Virus record (IMG/VR): IMGVR_UViG_3300025132_008118
Reading direction: 5' to 3' (one strand)
DNA length: 64,000 nucleotides
DNA from: a virus
The notes beneath the pieces were generated by a model, which was not told where the DNA came from, did not search any database, and saw nothing but the letters and a program-made list of their open reading frames with translations. Each line of letters begins with the position of its first letter. The stretch's first letter is position 1. Below, one piece after another: positions 1 to 10,237 of the stretch. A program made the translations under genes and the position numbers.

Positions 1-7
1 TCAAGGT

Positions 8-514
8 ATGGTTGGTTGTATATTTGCAAATCAGTTTAATATTCCCGATGATACGGTTGAAGCAGATAAAGCTACAATACAAAATAATAGAGGATTTATA
101 CCTGGTTCAGTATTAAAAAATAGAGGCAATTTTGGTAATTTTAATTTAAGTTTACGTGAAACTAATACATCATTTGTAGATTTTGTTATGAGACCATGGG
201 TTATTATGTCGTCTCATTATGGGCTAGTTGCAAGAAATCCTAATGATCAAAGTGAAGTTTTAAAGAACCCAAAAACAAATTTAACCGTTGTGCAGTACAC
301 TAGAAGTAAAGAAGGCTTATCTCAAATACCTAGAAAAACATGGAGATTTTATAATTGTGTACCAACATCTATTTCTACTAGAGATTACTCTAATAGTGAA
401 GATGAAAGTGTTAAAAATTTTAACACAACTTGGACATTTGATAATTATGAAATAAGTAGTAATTTATATCTTAGTGTTTCTGAGATGTTAAAAGCTATTA
501 ATCCTATATATTAA
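8..514 (+). CDS. Tail-tube-fold baseplate protein (gp54/gp19-like), probably 5'-truncated
   Basis: Frame is open from the window edge. C-terminal TWRFYNCVPTSIS...F.TTWTFDNY resembles the gp19/gp54 tube fold. It lies in the baseplate cluster. Confidence 0.5.
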   Translation: MVGCIFANQFNIPDDTVEADKATIQNNRGFIPGSVLKNRGNFGNFNLSLRETNTSFVDFVMRPWVIMSSHYGLVARNPNDQSEVLKNPKTNLTVVQYTRSKEGLSQIPRKTWRFYNCVPTSISTRDYSNSEDESVKNFNTTWTFDNYEISSNLYLSVSEMLKAINPIY

Positions 515-1281
515 TGAATTCGTATTACTTTGATGAATATAAGATAACTGAACTAAGTTATTTTGAATATAAAAATCTGGTTAAAAAATTGATATCAGCT
601 GAAGATAATTCAATAGTTAATATATTTGAAGAGATAATAGATTTAAAAGTCGATAGTACGAAAAAATTAAATATTAGTGACAAAATAAAAATATTATTGC
701 TACTAAGAAGTATTACTTTAGGAGAGGTACTTGAAATAAGTGTAAAACAAAAAATATTTAAATACGATATAAATGATATTATCGATAGCATTCGATCAAA
801 AAATAATAAATTTAAATATGGGTCTTTAGTATTTAATGTACCGAAAAAAATTTATTATACGAGTAAATTTGAATGTTTAATTGATAATTTTTATAGTTTT
901 GTAATTAATGGTAAAACTAAAATTATAGAAGAATATAACTATAAACAGAAAGAGATTATACTGCAAAATTTAATAGGGTTTAAAACGAAAGAACTAACAA
1001 CTCAATTTGATGAATATATATCAGATTTTTATCTAAAGTATATAAATGATATTGAAATAAATTTATATGATAGTAATTTATTAAAATTTATTAAAGGTTT
1101 ATTTGAAATCGATCTTAATGAAATGTATGATATAGAATATAACATAATGAGTCATTTGAAATTTGACCCATCAGTTTTTAATATGTATGGTTTACCAGAA
1201 TTAAGAATTTTTCTTAATAAATTTGTAAAGGAAAAGGAAGAAAGTAAAAATCAAGATAGTGGTAATGCTAGTATAACTTAA
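514..1281 (+). CDS. Baseplate hub assembly protein, gp26-like N-terminus with gp51-like C-terminus
   Basis: DKIKILLLLRSITLGE resembles the gp26 motif. The end (MYDIEYNIMSHLKF...PELRIFLNKF..EKEE) resembles gp51. Confidence 0.4.
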   Translation: MNSYYFDEYKITELSYFEYKNLVKKLISAEDNSIVNIFEEIIDLKVDSTKKLNISDKIKILLLLRSITLGEVLEISVKQKIFKYDINDIIDSIRSKNNKFKYGSLVFNVPKKIYYTSKFECLIDNFYSFVINGKTKIIEEYNYKQKEIILQNLIGFKTKELTTQFDEYISDFYLKYINDIEINLYDSNLLKFIKGLFEIDLNEMYDIEYNIMSHLKFDPSVFNMYGLPELRIFLNKFVKEKEESKNQDSGNASIT

Positions 1282-1292
1282 TAAATAACGTT

Positions 1293-2042
1293 ATGGATGA
1301 TAATTTTAATTCACTATTAAAACAGATAGAGTCAAATAAGACTAATATACTTGCTTACTTACCTACTCAACAAACTGATATTGAATTGAAATCCTTAACA
1401 GTTGACCAACAAAGTGTTATTTTGGATTCAGTATCTGATATAACCTTATTACAATCAAACCCAATTTATCTTATTATTAAGTTTAATACAGGATTTAACA
1501 ATATCATCAAACAAAATTCAGATAGGGAAGTTTTTGAAAAAATGACTTCGGTAGATAGAGCAAATATTATTATTTCTTTTAGAAAAGAAATTTCAGATCA
1601 AGTTGAACAGGATGGTGAAACTATTAATTTAATGAAGATTTTAGAACGTAATAAAACTATTAATTCTATAAATTTGGAAGAAACTATTCAAAAAGATAAT
1701 TTTACATTTAAAGTATCTATACCAACATTATCAGTAGATACAATAGTTAATAAAATTTTATCTAAAAAATTAAAAGATAATCCAACATCTGGGAATTTGG
1801 TAAGCGATATTTATCTTTATGAAATTTTAAAATTTGTAGATTTTATACAATTTGAAGACGGTGAAGAAGTTGAAATTAAGAAAGATTTCAAGAACTTACA
1901 ACTTTTAAAGAAAATAAATTTATCTACCCTTAGCCCGGTTATTAAGTTTATTGAAAAGGTTAGAAGTTATGAAGAAGAATTTATAACTATACCAAATACT
2001 CAAGATAAATTATTACTGACTCCAGATTTATTTGTAATTTAG
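1293..2042 (+). CDS. Baseplate hub protein, gp26-like
   Basis: ELKSLTVDQQ and DRANIIISFR patterns; position before the tape-measure-like gene. Confidence 0.35.
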   Translation: MDDNFNSLLKQIESNKTNILAYLPTQQTDIELKSLTVDQQSVILDSVSDITLLQSNPIYLIIKFNTGFNNIIKQNSDREVFEKMTSVDRANIIISFRKEISDQVEQDGETINLMKILERNKTINSINLEETIQKDNFTFKVSIPTLSVDTIVNKILSKKLKDNPTSGNLVSDIYLYEILKFVDFIQFEDGEEVEIKKDFKNLQLLKKINLSTLSPVIKFIEKVRSYEEEFITIPNTQDKLLLTPDLFVI

Positions 2043-2062
2043 TAAATTAATTAAATATTTAC

Positions 2063-3724
2063 ATGGCCGATGTTACAGTCTTAGAAGCTATATCTTTATT
2101 AACCAAAGTATCTGCTGATAATAGCAGCATGCTGAAGAAACTATCTAAACGTGTTGATAGTATTACACCTGGTAAGGGTTTAAAAAAGGAAAAAAAAGAG
2201 TTAGTAAAAAAGGCAGACCCGGTTATAGTAACTGATTTCGGTAAAGCTGCTGAAAAAGATTTAGCGATGCTAGCCGGAGATGCTGAAAAGGAAAGACAAA
2301 AAACTGAAACTGAAAAGAATAAAAATAATAATCTTTTAAAATTATTAGGTTTGGCAGGGGCTGCTGCTTTAGCGTTAAAATTTCTTTTTGATGGTGAAGG
2401 TTTTGTCGGTCTAACTCAAGGATTTCAAAGAGTTTATGGAAAAGTTGAAAAATTTGCAAAATCAGCAAAAGGGTTAATTGATGATATAGGTAAAAGATTA
2501 GGTACATTTTCTGATGATGTTGGAGCTAAGGTCGGTACAATCGTGGATGATGTAATGGCAAAAACTAGCACCTGGGCTGCTAAAGCTAAAGATGGTATTA
2601 AAAATGCCATGGATGATATTGGTAGAAGATTGGGTACTTTCGGAGACGATATAGCAAGAGGTGTTACAAATATTATAAATAGAGCATCTAGTATGGCTGG
2701 TAGAGTATCAACTGCGATGGCAAATACACCTGGAGCTTTCAGAAACGTCATGACTGGTGGTCGATCAGCGCCGAGAAGTCCAACATCTACGCCTAAGCCC
2801 AGGGCATGGTGGCAAAAAGCGGGGGACTTTGTATCTGATTCAGTTAGTACTGTTGGTAAAGGTCTTAAAACCGTAGGAGGTGCTATATCTGATACAGGAA
2901 GGGCAGGGATAGATTTCGTTGTGGACACGGGCGTCGCGGCTAAGGATTTTGCTAAAAATCAGATATTAGATCGCATATCAGCAGCATTTAAAATAATAAA
3001 ACCTCTTTCATTATTGAAGGGTGTAGCAAAAAGCCCACTTTTAGCACCAGCACTTGAATCATTCTTTGCTGGTAAAGATATTAATAATAATATTGATAGG
3101 TATTCTGCAGGAGAAATAGATAAAAAGGAATTAGATAATTTGGTCGGTGAACGTTTAATTAAAGCTATTACAGGTGTTGTAGGGGGAGCAGGTGGAGCTA
3201 TACTCGGTGGGATGTTAGGCGCAGTTGGAGGACCATTAGCATTTGTTGGAATGCTAGCAGGTGGAGTATTAGGGGATATAAGTGGTCGATTTATTGGTGG
3301 TTTAATTTCACAAGCATTAGGTTCTAAGACTGGATCAGTAGGAGAGTTTGCTTTAAGCTCACCTTTATTTACAGTACCACCTGGTTCAGGAGCTGCACAA
3401 TTTGATAAAGTACCTGAGGAAATTGATGATGGTATTATTACTAAGGACGGTAAAGTTATAAAACCAGATTCACAAGACACATTATACGCAATGAAAGATG
3501 GTGGACCTTTAGGAGAAGCGTTAAATAAAACGCCAAAAATGTTAGGTAAATTGATAGACGTTGAATATGATAGCTTAGCATTAATGAAAGAGCAAAATTT
3601 ATTACTTAGATCTATACTTGAAAAAACAGGTGCAGTTAACCCTGTTGGGCCTAATCAACCAAATCAAATTAAAAATTATGACCAGAGTGGTGATCCATTT
3701 AGATCACTACAAATGGGATATTAA
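2063..3724 (+). CDS. Tape-measure / gp29-like hub protein
   Basis: 553 aa, Ala/Gly-rich helical repeats and glycine-zipper hydrophobic stretches (GGAGGAILGGMLGAVGG); baseplate context. Confidence 0.5.
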   Translation: MADVTVLEAISLLTKVSADNSSMLKKLSKRVDSITPGKGLKKEKKELVKKADPVIVTDFGKAAEKDLAMLAGDAEKERQKTETEKNKNNNLLKLLGLAGAAALALKFLFDGEGFVGLTQGFQRVYGKVEKFAKSAKGLIDDIGKRLGTFSDDVGAKVGTIVDDVMAKTSTWAAKAKDGIKNAMDDIGRRLGTFGDDIARGVTNIINRASSMAGRVSTAMANTPGAFRNVMTGGRSAPRSPTSTPKPRAWWQKAGDFVSDSVSTVGKGLKTVGGAISDTGRAGIDFVVDTGVAAKDFAKNQILDRISAAFKIIKPLSLLKGVAKSPLLAPALESFFAGKDINNNIDRYSAGEIDKKELDNLVGERLIKAITGVVGGAGGAILGGMLGAVGGPLAFVGMLAGGVLGDISGRFIGGLISQALGSKTGSVGEFALSSPLFTVPPGSGAAQFDKVPEEIDDGIITKDGKVIKPDSQDTLYAMKDGGPLGEALNKTPKMLGKLIDVEYDSLALMKEQNLLLRSILEKTGAVNPVGPNQPNQIKNYDQSGDPFRSLQMGY

Positions 3725-3761
3725 ATTTTACTATAATTTTTACCAGGATTAAATATTTATA

Positions 3762-4937
3762 ATGCCTGACTTATACAGTTTTACATTTGATGATGATCAA
3801 ATTTTACCGATATTAACTAGAGGTGGTTCTAATACAATAAATCCCTTTAGTTATACCGGTGATGGTAGAATATATGGTAAGATTAATAATAATTCTACCG
3901 ACCCGATCGATGTAGTAACTACTTTCCCGTGGACTAAAAGCCCAACTACATCAAGACAGGATGTACCTACAGCATATATTAAAGAAAAAAGACTATTAAC
4001 TAACTCTACTTTGGCTAATTTCTTTTATAGTGTTTTAGCTGGTGCAGATGTATTAGAAAGTGCTGCTGATAGAGTGAGTAGTGGTAATATTCAAATAGGT
4101 GCTAATGAACTTAACGTATACGATACCTTAAGTGCAGCGGGGGTATCTTTTCCTGGAGTTAAAAAAGGTATATCTGATAAAGCTGAAAAATTTAGTTCAA
4201 ATGTAGAAAAATATAAAGATATGGCCACTGGTTTTTTAAGTCAAGGTAATCAAAAAGATAATATACTTAAACCTTATAACGGATTATATTATACTGAAGA
4301 TACAGGGTTTAAATATTTTTTACCATATTTAAGTAATAGTTATCTAGGTGCTGATAATACATTTTCTGATGATTCACAGAAATTAGCAGGTCTTGATACT
4401 ATATCACAAACTTTACAACAAGGTTTTAACGCGGCAAGAGGGGTTGCTTTTATGGATAAACCCGGCGTTTATGTTGAGCAGAGCAAACAATTTCAGTTTG
4501 GTCAAGAAGGTAAAACTTTTAACTTAACTTTCCCTTTATTGAATACGGGTAGTTATGAGGATGTTAAAAGAAATTGGCAATTAATTTTCGGGTTAATATA
4601 TCAAAATAAACCAGGCCGTATTAATAGAAATTTGCTAGAATTGCCTGTTATTTATGAATTTTATATTGAAGGTATGGCATATATGCCATATAGTTATATC
4701 TCTAGAATACAGGTAGATTTTATCGGAAATAGGAGAACGATGGGAATTGATATACCTAGTTTTAACAATGTAAGTGGTAACCCAACTTTAGAAGATCGTA
4801 CTTCAATTAATACAGTTATACCTGATGCATATAACGTTAGTATAACTTTTGAAGGTTTAAATAAAGAAACGAAAAATTTCCTAATACGTAGTTTAGGGGA
4901 CCCGGTAATTAAAGTTAGAGAAAGAGGGGTTATATAA
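3762..4937 (+). CDS. Baseplate tail-tube cap protein (gp48-like)
   Basis: Tube-fold-like C-terminal half (TFNLTFPLLN...PVIYEFYIEG...ISRIQVDF); sits between the tape measure and gp53. Confidence 0.4.
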   Translation: MPDLYSFTFDDDQILPILTRGGSNTINPFSYTGDGRIYGKINNNSTDPIDVVTTFPWTKSPTTSRQDVPTAYIKEKRLLTNSTLANFFYSVLAGADVLESAADRVSSGNIQIGANELNVYDTLSAAGVSFPGVKKGISDKAEKFSSNVEKYKDMATGFLSQGNQKDNILKPYNGLYYTEDTGFKYFLPYLSNSYLGADNTFSDDSQKLAGLDTISQTLQQGFNAARGVAFMDKPGVYVEQSKQFQFGQEGKTFNLTFPLLNTGSYEDVKRNWQLIFGLIYQNKPGRINRNLLELPVIYEFYIEGMAYMPYSYISRIQVDFIGNRRTMGIDIPSFNNVSGNPTLEDRTSINTVIPDAYNVSITFEGLNKETKNFLIRSLGDPVIKVRERGVI

Positions 4938-5299
4938 TGCTTGGAAATTATCAAAATAATATTATCGATTTAAAAAATTTAGATTTAACTAGATATGAAA
5001 ATATTTTTAAAGTTTACGGTACTGGTGATAAAAATTTTTATTATTATAATATAAATAAAAAAATATCTATACCAGATAATATGGATGAAAGGTTATTTTA
5101 CCATGTCGTTTTACCTAAAGGTATACCATTAACTACTTTATCTTATAATGCATATGGTACAATTGACCTATGGTGGCTGATCTTAATTTTAAATAATATA
5201 ACCAACCCGGTGAAAAGCTTGCCAGATGGTGAAAAAATAAGACTATTAAAACCTCAATATATTGAACAAATTCTTGATTCAATCGAAACGCAATTGTAA
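4937..5299 (+). CDS. Baseplate wedge protein gp53-like (LysM-like)
   Basis: LTTLSYNAYGTIDLWWLILILNNITNP matches the gp53-type motif. Confidence 0.65.
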   Translation: MLGNYQNNIIDLKNLDLTRYENIFKVYGTGDKNFYYYNINKKISIPDNMDERLFYHVVLPKGIPLTTLSYNAYGTIDLWWLILILNNITNPVKSLPDGEKIRLLKPQYIEQILDSIETQL

Positions 5300-6879
5300 T
5301 GAGAAGTGATTATATTAAAAATAATTTAAACGGTGCAGAAGCTAAAGCAAATTCATATAAAATTGATGGTCAATTTTATTATATAAGAGCTGTTTTAGTT
5401 AATCCTGATGGTGATAGATTGGATCTATCAAAAGGTGCACTTTATAATATATCATTAGTAGATAATTTAGTTGACCCTTTTTTGAAAGCAGAAATAATGT
5501 TGTATAATGATAATCATGCTATTGAAAGAACAGTACCAACTTCTGAAAATTATCAAAAAGGATTTACATTTAGAGGAGATGGTAGAGATGTTATATTTTT
5601 AGAGATTATACCTCTTAAAAGTATAAAAGAAAGTTATAGGTTGGAAGAATCAGCGGAATATAATGTAGTTTTTTCTTTAAGGAACTTATTTACAGTCGTC
5701 GAAGATACTGATACTATTATAGAAGGAACTTTATACAAAAAATTAAAGTTGTATGATTTAGATGAAAGAAAATTACTAGAAAAGAATATATATTTTAACT
5801 CGATCAATACAATAAATTTTAATGAAAGCAATACTTTATCTGCTGTACCACTTTTTAACTTAGATAATGACGAAAGAGGAAATAATACAGGTATAATGCT
5901 TAGAGAATTATTAAAATTTACATTAAAACAAGGAGATGAGGATATATTCTACACAGAGAAACGAGGGAGACGGAATGGGTCTGAAGCAATAAGTTATGTA
6001 GATTTTGAAAACGGAGCTACGTCAGTTAATTATAGTAGTAATACATATAAAAAGGCAATTGATGATTTTAATTATCTGTATGATTTACATGTTAGTAATT
6101 TAGATACCAAGGATTATAGTATACTAAAAAAAGATTATTTTACTGGTAAATATACATTAATAAACATGAAGAGTTTTTTTGATAGAGCTAACGATGGAGA
6201 TCAAAGTGGTACATATACAATTGAAAAAATAAATATTTCCGGTGCTGGTACTAGTAAAGTTAGTAATCAAGGAGGTAAAACAGCTAAAAATACTCCAGAA
6301 TTTAATGAAAAGAGTCAAGCTTTAAACGTTAGATTTTTTAATACTAGTTTTGATATATTAAACGAACAGGTCAATACTAAATTAGTACATGAATATAATT
6401 TTGAAGATAAAACATTTAATATTTTGCAAAGTGATAGTAATATAAATAATTCTAAAGAAAAATTTACTAATAATTATGTTCAGAATATGAAAGGGGAAAA
6501 CCAACCGTACCCATCTCAAATTAACACTAACCTTAAAAAATTAAATTTTAACTATGAAAATGTTTATAATTTATACGGTGGTAATGAAAATGTACGATTA
6601 GGTAAAGGTTTAAATCGACTTTTAAAGAGTACTTTAATGTCTAATTTAGGGGTTGAAGTTACATTAAAAGGTCAAATGTTTAGGAGATCAGGAAAGTTTA
6701 TAACTATTGATAGAGCTAGTCTAGATCCAAAAAATAAATTTGATGATAAATTTCTAGGCACGTACTTTATAATTAATGTAGAACATACTTTTATAAAAGA
6801 TGATTTATATATTAATAAGTTATACGCAGTTAAAACATATTATTTTAATGACTTAAAATTTAATGAGAATCTAGATTAA
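5299..6879 (+). CDS. Baseplate hub protein (gp27-like)
   Basis: 526 aa. The C-terminus (G.F..I...DDKFLGTYFIINVEHTF) resembles gp27/gpD-type hub proteins. Confidence 0.45.
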   Translation: MRSDYIKNNLNGAEAKANSYKIDGQFYYIRAVLVNPDGDRLDLSKGALYNISLVDNLVDPFLKAEIMLYNDNHAIERTVPTSENYQKGFTFRGDGRDVIFLEIIPLKSIKESYRLEESAEYNVVFSLRNLFTVVEDTDTIIEGTLYKKLKLYDLDERKLLEKNIYFNSINTINFNESNTLSAVPLFNLDNDERGNNTGIMLRELLKFTLKQGDEDIFYTEKRGRRNGSEAISYVDFENGATSVNYSSNTYKKAIDDFNYLYDLHVSNLDTKDYSILKKDYFTGKYTLINMKSFFDRANDGDQSGTYTIEKINISGAGTSKVSNQGGKTAKNTPEFNEKSQALNVRFFNTSFDILNEQVNTKLVHEYNFEDKTFNILQSDSNINNSKEKFTNNYVQNMKGENQPYPSQINTNLKKLNFNYENVYNLYGGNENVRLGKGLNRLLKSTLMSNLGVEVTLKGQMFRRSGKFITIDRASLDPKNKFDDKFLGTYFIINVEHTFIKDDLYINKLYAVKTYYFNDLKFNENLD

Positions 6880-7754
6880 TGGCAACTAATAAAAAAAATA
6901 TTCTACCAGAACTTGCAGATACCGTGGTAAACGGTAATATTAGTTTCTATGAAAGTAGTTCAGAACTATTAAAAATTTTTAAAGATGTATCTTTAGATGT
7001 TGTTAATTTTTTTATTGAATTAGACGATACTAGGAGTTCAGATAACGTTATTAAAGATTTAACCCAAAAATATATTGATTTAAACAATAAAAAGTTACTA
7101 ATAAACAAAAGTGAATTACCAAATAATTTTAAATTATATTTAAATGAAAAATTTCAAAATTTACTATACCTATTTAAAGTTACAATACTAAAAAATGTAG
7201 ATAATATTGATGAAAGTATTTTTTCTGCATATTCAGATGATATCGGAATGACATTAGAAGTAAATCATAATTTAGGTTTAACCAATACCCCAATATTTGA
7301 TACGCTATATAATTTAGAATCAAGTGGTCCCCCTATTACTATACCGCCTATAATGTATAATAAAGTTAGTAAACAATTATTGAAAAATTTTAAAAAAATG
7401 TCTTTAAAAAACGATGCATTATTAAAAAGAAATCTTCGTAGTATAGCTGGTTATGGTCAAGAAAATATTTCTAAAACACCACACGGGGCTAATTTAGTCT
7501 ATGACAATTTTGTATCTACAACTAAAAAAGAAATTACTAATTTAAAGACAAGCAAAATATTTCAAGTTTTTGGAGAAAATCTAGGAGATCTTATTACATT
7601 TTATAAAAATTTAAATATACGAGAACAACCAGACAATAAAGCATATTTAGTTAGTTACGAAAATAATATTGAAGGGGTTCAAAATATTCTAGATATGTTT
7701 AATAATAATTTGTATACAACTACAACTATTAATACTACTTTTTCTGGGGTTTAA
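6879..7754 (+). CDS. Hypothetical protein
   Basis: 291-aa ORF translationally coupled to the upstream gene; no motif recognised. Confidence 0.6.
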   Translation: MATNKKNILPELADTVVNGNISFYESSSELLKIFKDVSLDVVNFFIELDDTRSSDNVIKDLTQKYIDLNNKKLLINKSELPNNFKLYLNEKFQNLLYLFKVTILKNVDNIDESIFSAYSDDIGMTLEVNHNLGLTNTPIFDTLYNLESSGPPITIPPIMYNKVSKQLLKNFKKMSLKNDALLKRNLRSIAGYGQENISKTPHGANLVYDNFVSTTKKEITNLKTSKIFQVFGENLGDLITFYKNLNIREQPDNKAYLVSYENNIEGVQNILDMFNNNLYTTTTINTTFSGV

Positions 7755-8209
7755 TTACCACTTACATCAGCATCAATTACTTTAGCATCATCAATTAATT
7801 GTTTGAGTAATTCTTCTCTATTTATAGTTAGACCTACCTGTTCATTACTTTTATCTTGTAATTCTTTTTTGCTTTGTATATCCATTTCTTTAACTTGTAT
7901 CTTAGCTTCGTTAGCTTTATCTTGTAATAGAATTTTATTTAAACTCTCAATGGCTGATGCAGAAGCACCAATTAGTTTACTTAAAGCATCTACATCTCTT
8001 GAATCTGGGGCTGAAGTAATAAATTGCTTGACATCCTCAACGTAATCAACACTACCTTTAATTAGTTTTCCAGAATATTGTAGTAAAAAATCTTCTAATT
8101 TTTCTTTATCAAGATTAAAATCTTGCTTTTCTAATTCTTTTTTTGCAACGTTTACACCCTTTAATTGTGAGAGTAAATCATCAACAACAATATCTACATC
8201 ATCATTCAT
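7751..8209 (-). CDS. Possible terminase small subunit (gp16-like)
   Basis: 152-aa helical protein. SRDVDALSKLIGASASAIESL...TINREELLKQL loosely parallels the gp16 PRAYEV..LIK / STAELQKLL segments. TAAATA lies upstream. Confidence 0.35.
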   Translation of the reverse strand: MNDDVDIVVDDLLSQLKGVNVAKKELEKQDFNLDKEKLEDFLLQYSGKLIKGSVDYVEDVKQFITSAPDSRDVDALSKLIGASASAIESLNKILLQDKANEAKIQVKEMDIQSKKELQDKSNEQVGLTINREELLKQLIDDAKVIDADVSGN

Positions 8210-8266
8210 TGTAAAAATATTTATTGCTGAAGTTGAATAATTAAACTAATATAGTATAATAGAGAT

Positions 8267-8731
8267 ATGGATAATGTAGTTATAAAGTTTGTTAAAACGC
8301 ATGAAGATGCTAAATTACCTACTAAAGCTCATCAAGGAGATAATTGTTTCGATTTATATGCAGTGGAAGATACTGTAATTCCTAGAGGTACTTATGGTCC
8401 GGTAGATGATATTAAAATAGGTAGTGCAATTGTACCAGTAGGTATTACAGTTGGTTATATTTCAGAAGGATACGGCTTTGTTTTGAGACCTAAGTCAGGT
8501 TTAGGTTTTAAAGCTGGGTTACAACCTCATTTAGGTGAAATTGATAATGGGTATCGTGGAGATTGCGCAGTAAAAATGTATAATTTTTCAAATAAAGATT
8601 ATACCTATAATAAAGGTGATAAAGTAGCACAAATTAAAATAGAAAAAATTTATGATACTACAATTGAGTGGTCTGATAGTATTGAAGAGGCAAAACGTGG
8701 GGATGCAGGCTTCGGGTCATCAGGTAAATAG
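8267..8731 (+). CDS. dut: Trimeric dUTPase
   Basis: Motifs RPKSGLG, GEIDNGYRGD, KVAQ and C-terminal RGDAGFGSSG. Confidence 0.95.
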   Translation: MDNVVIKFVKTHEDAKLPTKAHQGDNCFDLYAVEDTVIPRGTYGPVDDIKIGSAIVPVGITVGYISEGYGFVLRPKSGLGFKAGLQPHLGEIDNGYRGDCAVKMYNFSNKDYTYNKGDKVAQIKIEKIYDTTIEWSDSIEEAKRGDAGFGSSGK

Positions 8732-8746
8732 GAACTTTGATATAAT
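8731..8746 (+). promoter_or_regulatory. GGAAC-N5-TATAAT promoter-like element
   Basis: GGAACTTTGATATAAT-agatt-ATG, the same geometry as the copies at 53.6-63.7 kb. Confidence 0.7.
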
Positions 8747-8751
8747 AGATT

Positions 8752-8859
8752 ATGGGGAAAGTAACAAGACAAAAGATAACCGAAAGAAAAGTAGGTAATG
8801 CGAAGGTGAGAAAGACGGTAACTGTAACAGTTACAAAGCCATCAAAAAGAAAAAAATAA
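8752..8859 (+). CDS. 35-aa basic peptide (MGKVTRQKITERKVGNAKVRKTVTVTVTKPSKRKK)
   Basis: Read by hand. The ATG is 5 nt after TATAAT, and the TAA overlaps the clamp-loader ATG (TAATG). Confidence 0.55.
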   Translation: MGKVTRQKITERKVGNAKVRKTVTVTVTKPSKRKK

Positions 8860-9773
8860 TGTTTAATAACTTATACGTTGAAAAGTATAGACCTAAAACA
8901 TTATCAGATTTGGTATTATCTGATAGTAATAGAAAGTATTTTGAATCTATTACCGAAGAAATACCAAATCTGCTTTTCGTTGGTACACCTGGTTTAGGTA
9001 AGACTACATTAGCTAGAATATTAGTAAATGATATATTGGAGTGCCAATATCTGTATATCAATGCTTCAGATGAAAATGGTATAGATACCATACGCTCTAA
9101 GGTAGTTGGCTTTAGTCAGACTAAGTCTCTCGATGGGAAACATAAAGTAGTCATACTAGATGAGGCTGACGGTATTACCATTGACGGGCAACGCGCACTA
9201 CGTAATACAATGGAGGAATACAGTAGTATGACTCGATTTATACTTACAGCTAACTATAAGCATAAAATTATACCTGCCATTCAAAGTAGAACTCAATTCT
9301 TTGATCTAACTCCACCGTTTGATGATGTTGTCAAACGTGTTATCGATATTGTAAAGCAGGAAGGTATTAAGATTGAAACTGATCAGAAACCTAATTTTGT
9401 AAATCTAATAAAACAAAGTTACCCTGATATTCGTAAGGTATTAAATAGTATTCAAAAAGCTACTATAGGTAATATCTTTACAGTTGATCATAGCGTTGAT
9501 AGTAAAGAGATAGTTAACGTTATCCACAAGCATATTGTATCTAAAGATTCTTTAAAACTTAGAAAGTATCTAATTGAAAACGAGAACGAGTTTCAGGGCG
9601 ATTATCATAACTTAATGAAGCAGTACTTAAATTATGTATATACTTCTAGTTTGGATGACAATAAAAAACGTCAATATATAGTGACTATTTCAGATCACAT
9701 GTATAAAGACGTATTTGTATTAGATAAAGAGATTAATGCTTTTGCATGCTGGGTTAATCTTGAGAAAATTTAA
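8859..9773 (+). CDS. Sliding clamp loader AAA+ subunit (T4 gp44 / RFC-like)
   Basis: VEKYRP, Walker A GTPGLGKTT, INASDENGID, Walker B ILDEAD, and IQSR sensor/Arg finger. Confidence 0.93.
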   Translation: MFNNLYVEKYRPKTLSDLVLSDSNRKYFESITEEIPNLLFVGTPGLGKTTLARILVNDILECQYLYINASDENGIDTIRSKVVGFSQTKSLDGKHKVVILDEADGITIDGQRALRNTMEEYSSMTRFILTANYKHKIIPAIQSRTQFFDLTPPFDDVVKRVIDIVKQEGIKIETDQKPNFVNLIKQSYPDIRKVLNSIQKATIGNIFTVDHSVDSKEIVNVIHKHIVSKDSLKLRKYLIENENEFQGDYHNLMKQYLNYVYTSSLDDNKKRQYIVTISDHMYKDVFVLDKEINAFACWVNLEKI

Positions 9774-9784
9774 TAAATAATTAA

Positions 9785-10237
9785 ATGAAGGATGATTTAC
9801 ACCTTATCGCTGAACAATATGATATAGTTTTAAACGAAGCGGCCGAGACTGAGCGAAGAAAACGTAATGCAATTGACAATCTTCAAACAGCTCTAGATGT
9901 AATTGGTCTGGACCCCCTCTTCCAAGTCGGAACTACTGCGGATTTAGTAAATTTTGTAATATCTGGACTCAGATCAGGATTAGCTTTAGCAAAAAAAGAG
10001 AATGATATAGCTAAAGAACATGCAATTAACGCTGGTATATCCGCTATATCTTTAATACCATTTGCAGATGTAATTAAGATATTAAAATTCCGTAAATTAG
10101 GTAAACTAAAACGCCCAGCGACAAAGCTAGCTGTTCAAGGTGGTAAAGCTGCTAAAGCATATGGTGCGAAGAAAAAACTAGAAAGAATTGCTAATGCTAA
10201 ATCTGAAAAATCGGATCAAGATAGTATCGATATTTAG
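9785..10237 (+). CDS. Small protein with a pre-toxin TG (PT-TG)-like segment
   Basis: ALDVIGLDP...GTTADLVN...AINAGISAISLIPFAD resembles the PT-TG pattern; basic tail. Confidence 0.4.
   Translation: MKDDLHLIAEQYDIVLNEAAETERRKRNAIDNLQTALDVIGLDPLFQVGTTADLVNFVISGLRSGLALAKKENDIAKEHAINAGISAISLIPFADVIKILKFRKLGKLKRPATKLAVQGGKAAKAYGAKKKLERIANAKSEKSDQDSIDI

Noticed and set aside
2223-3480. Antisense ORFs inside the tape-measure-like gene (also 14734-15081, 23637-24104, 24413-24829, 45187-45765, 46222-46473 and similar)
   Set aside because: They lie fully opposite well-supported genes and are the expected shadows of biased codon usage.
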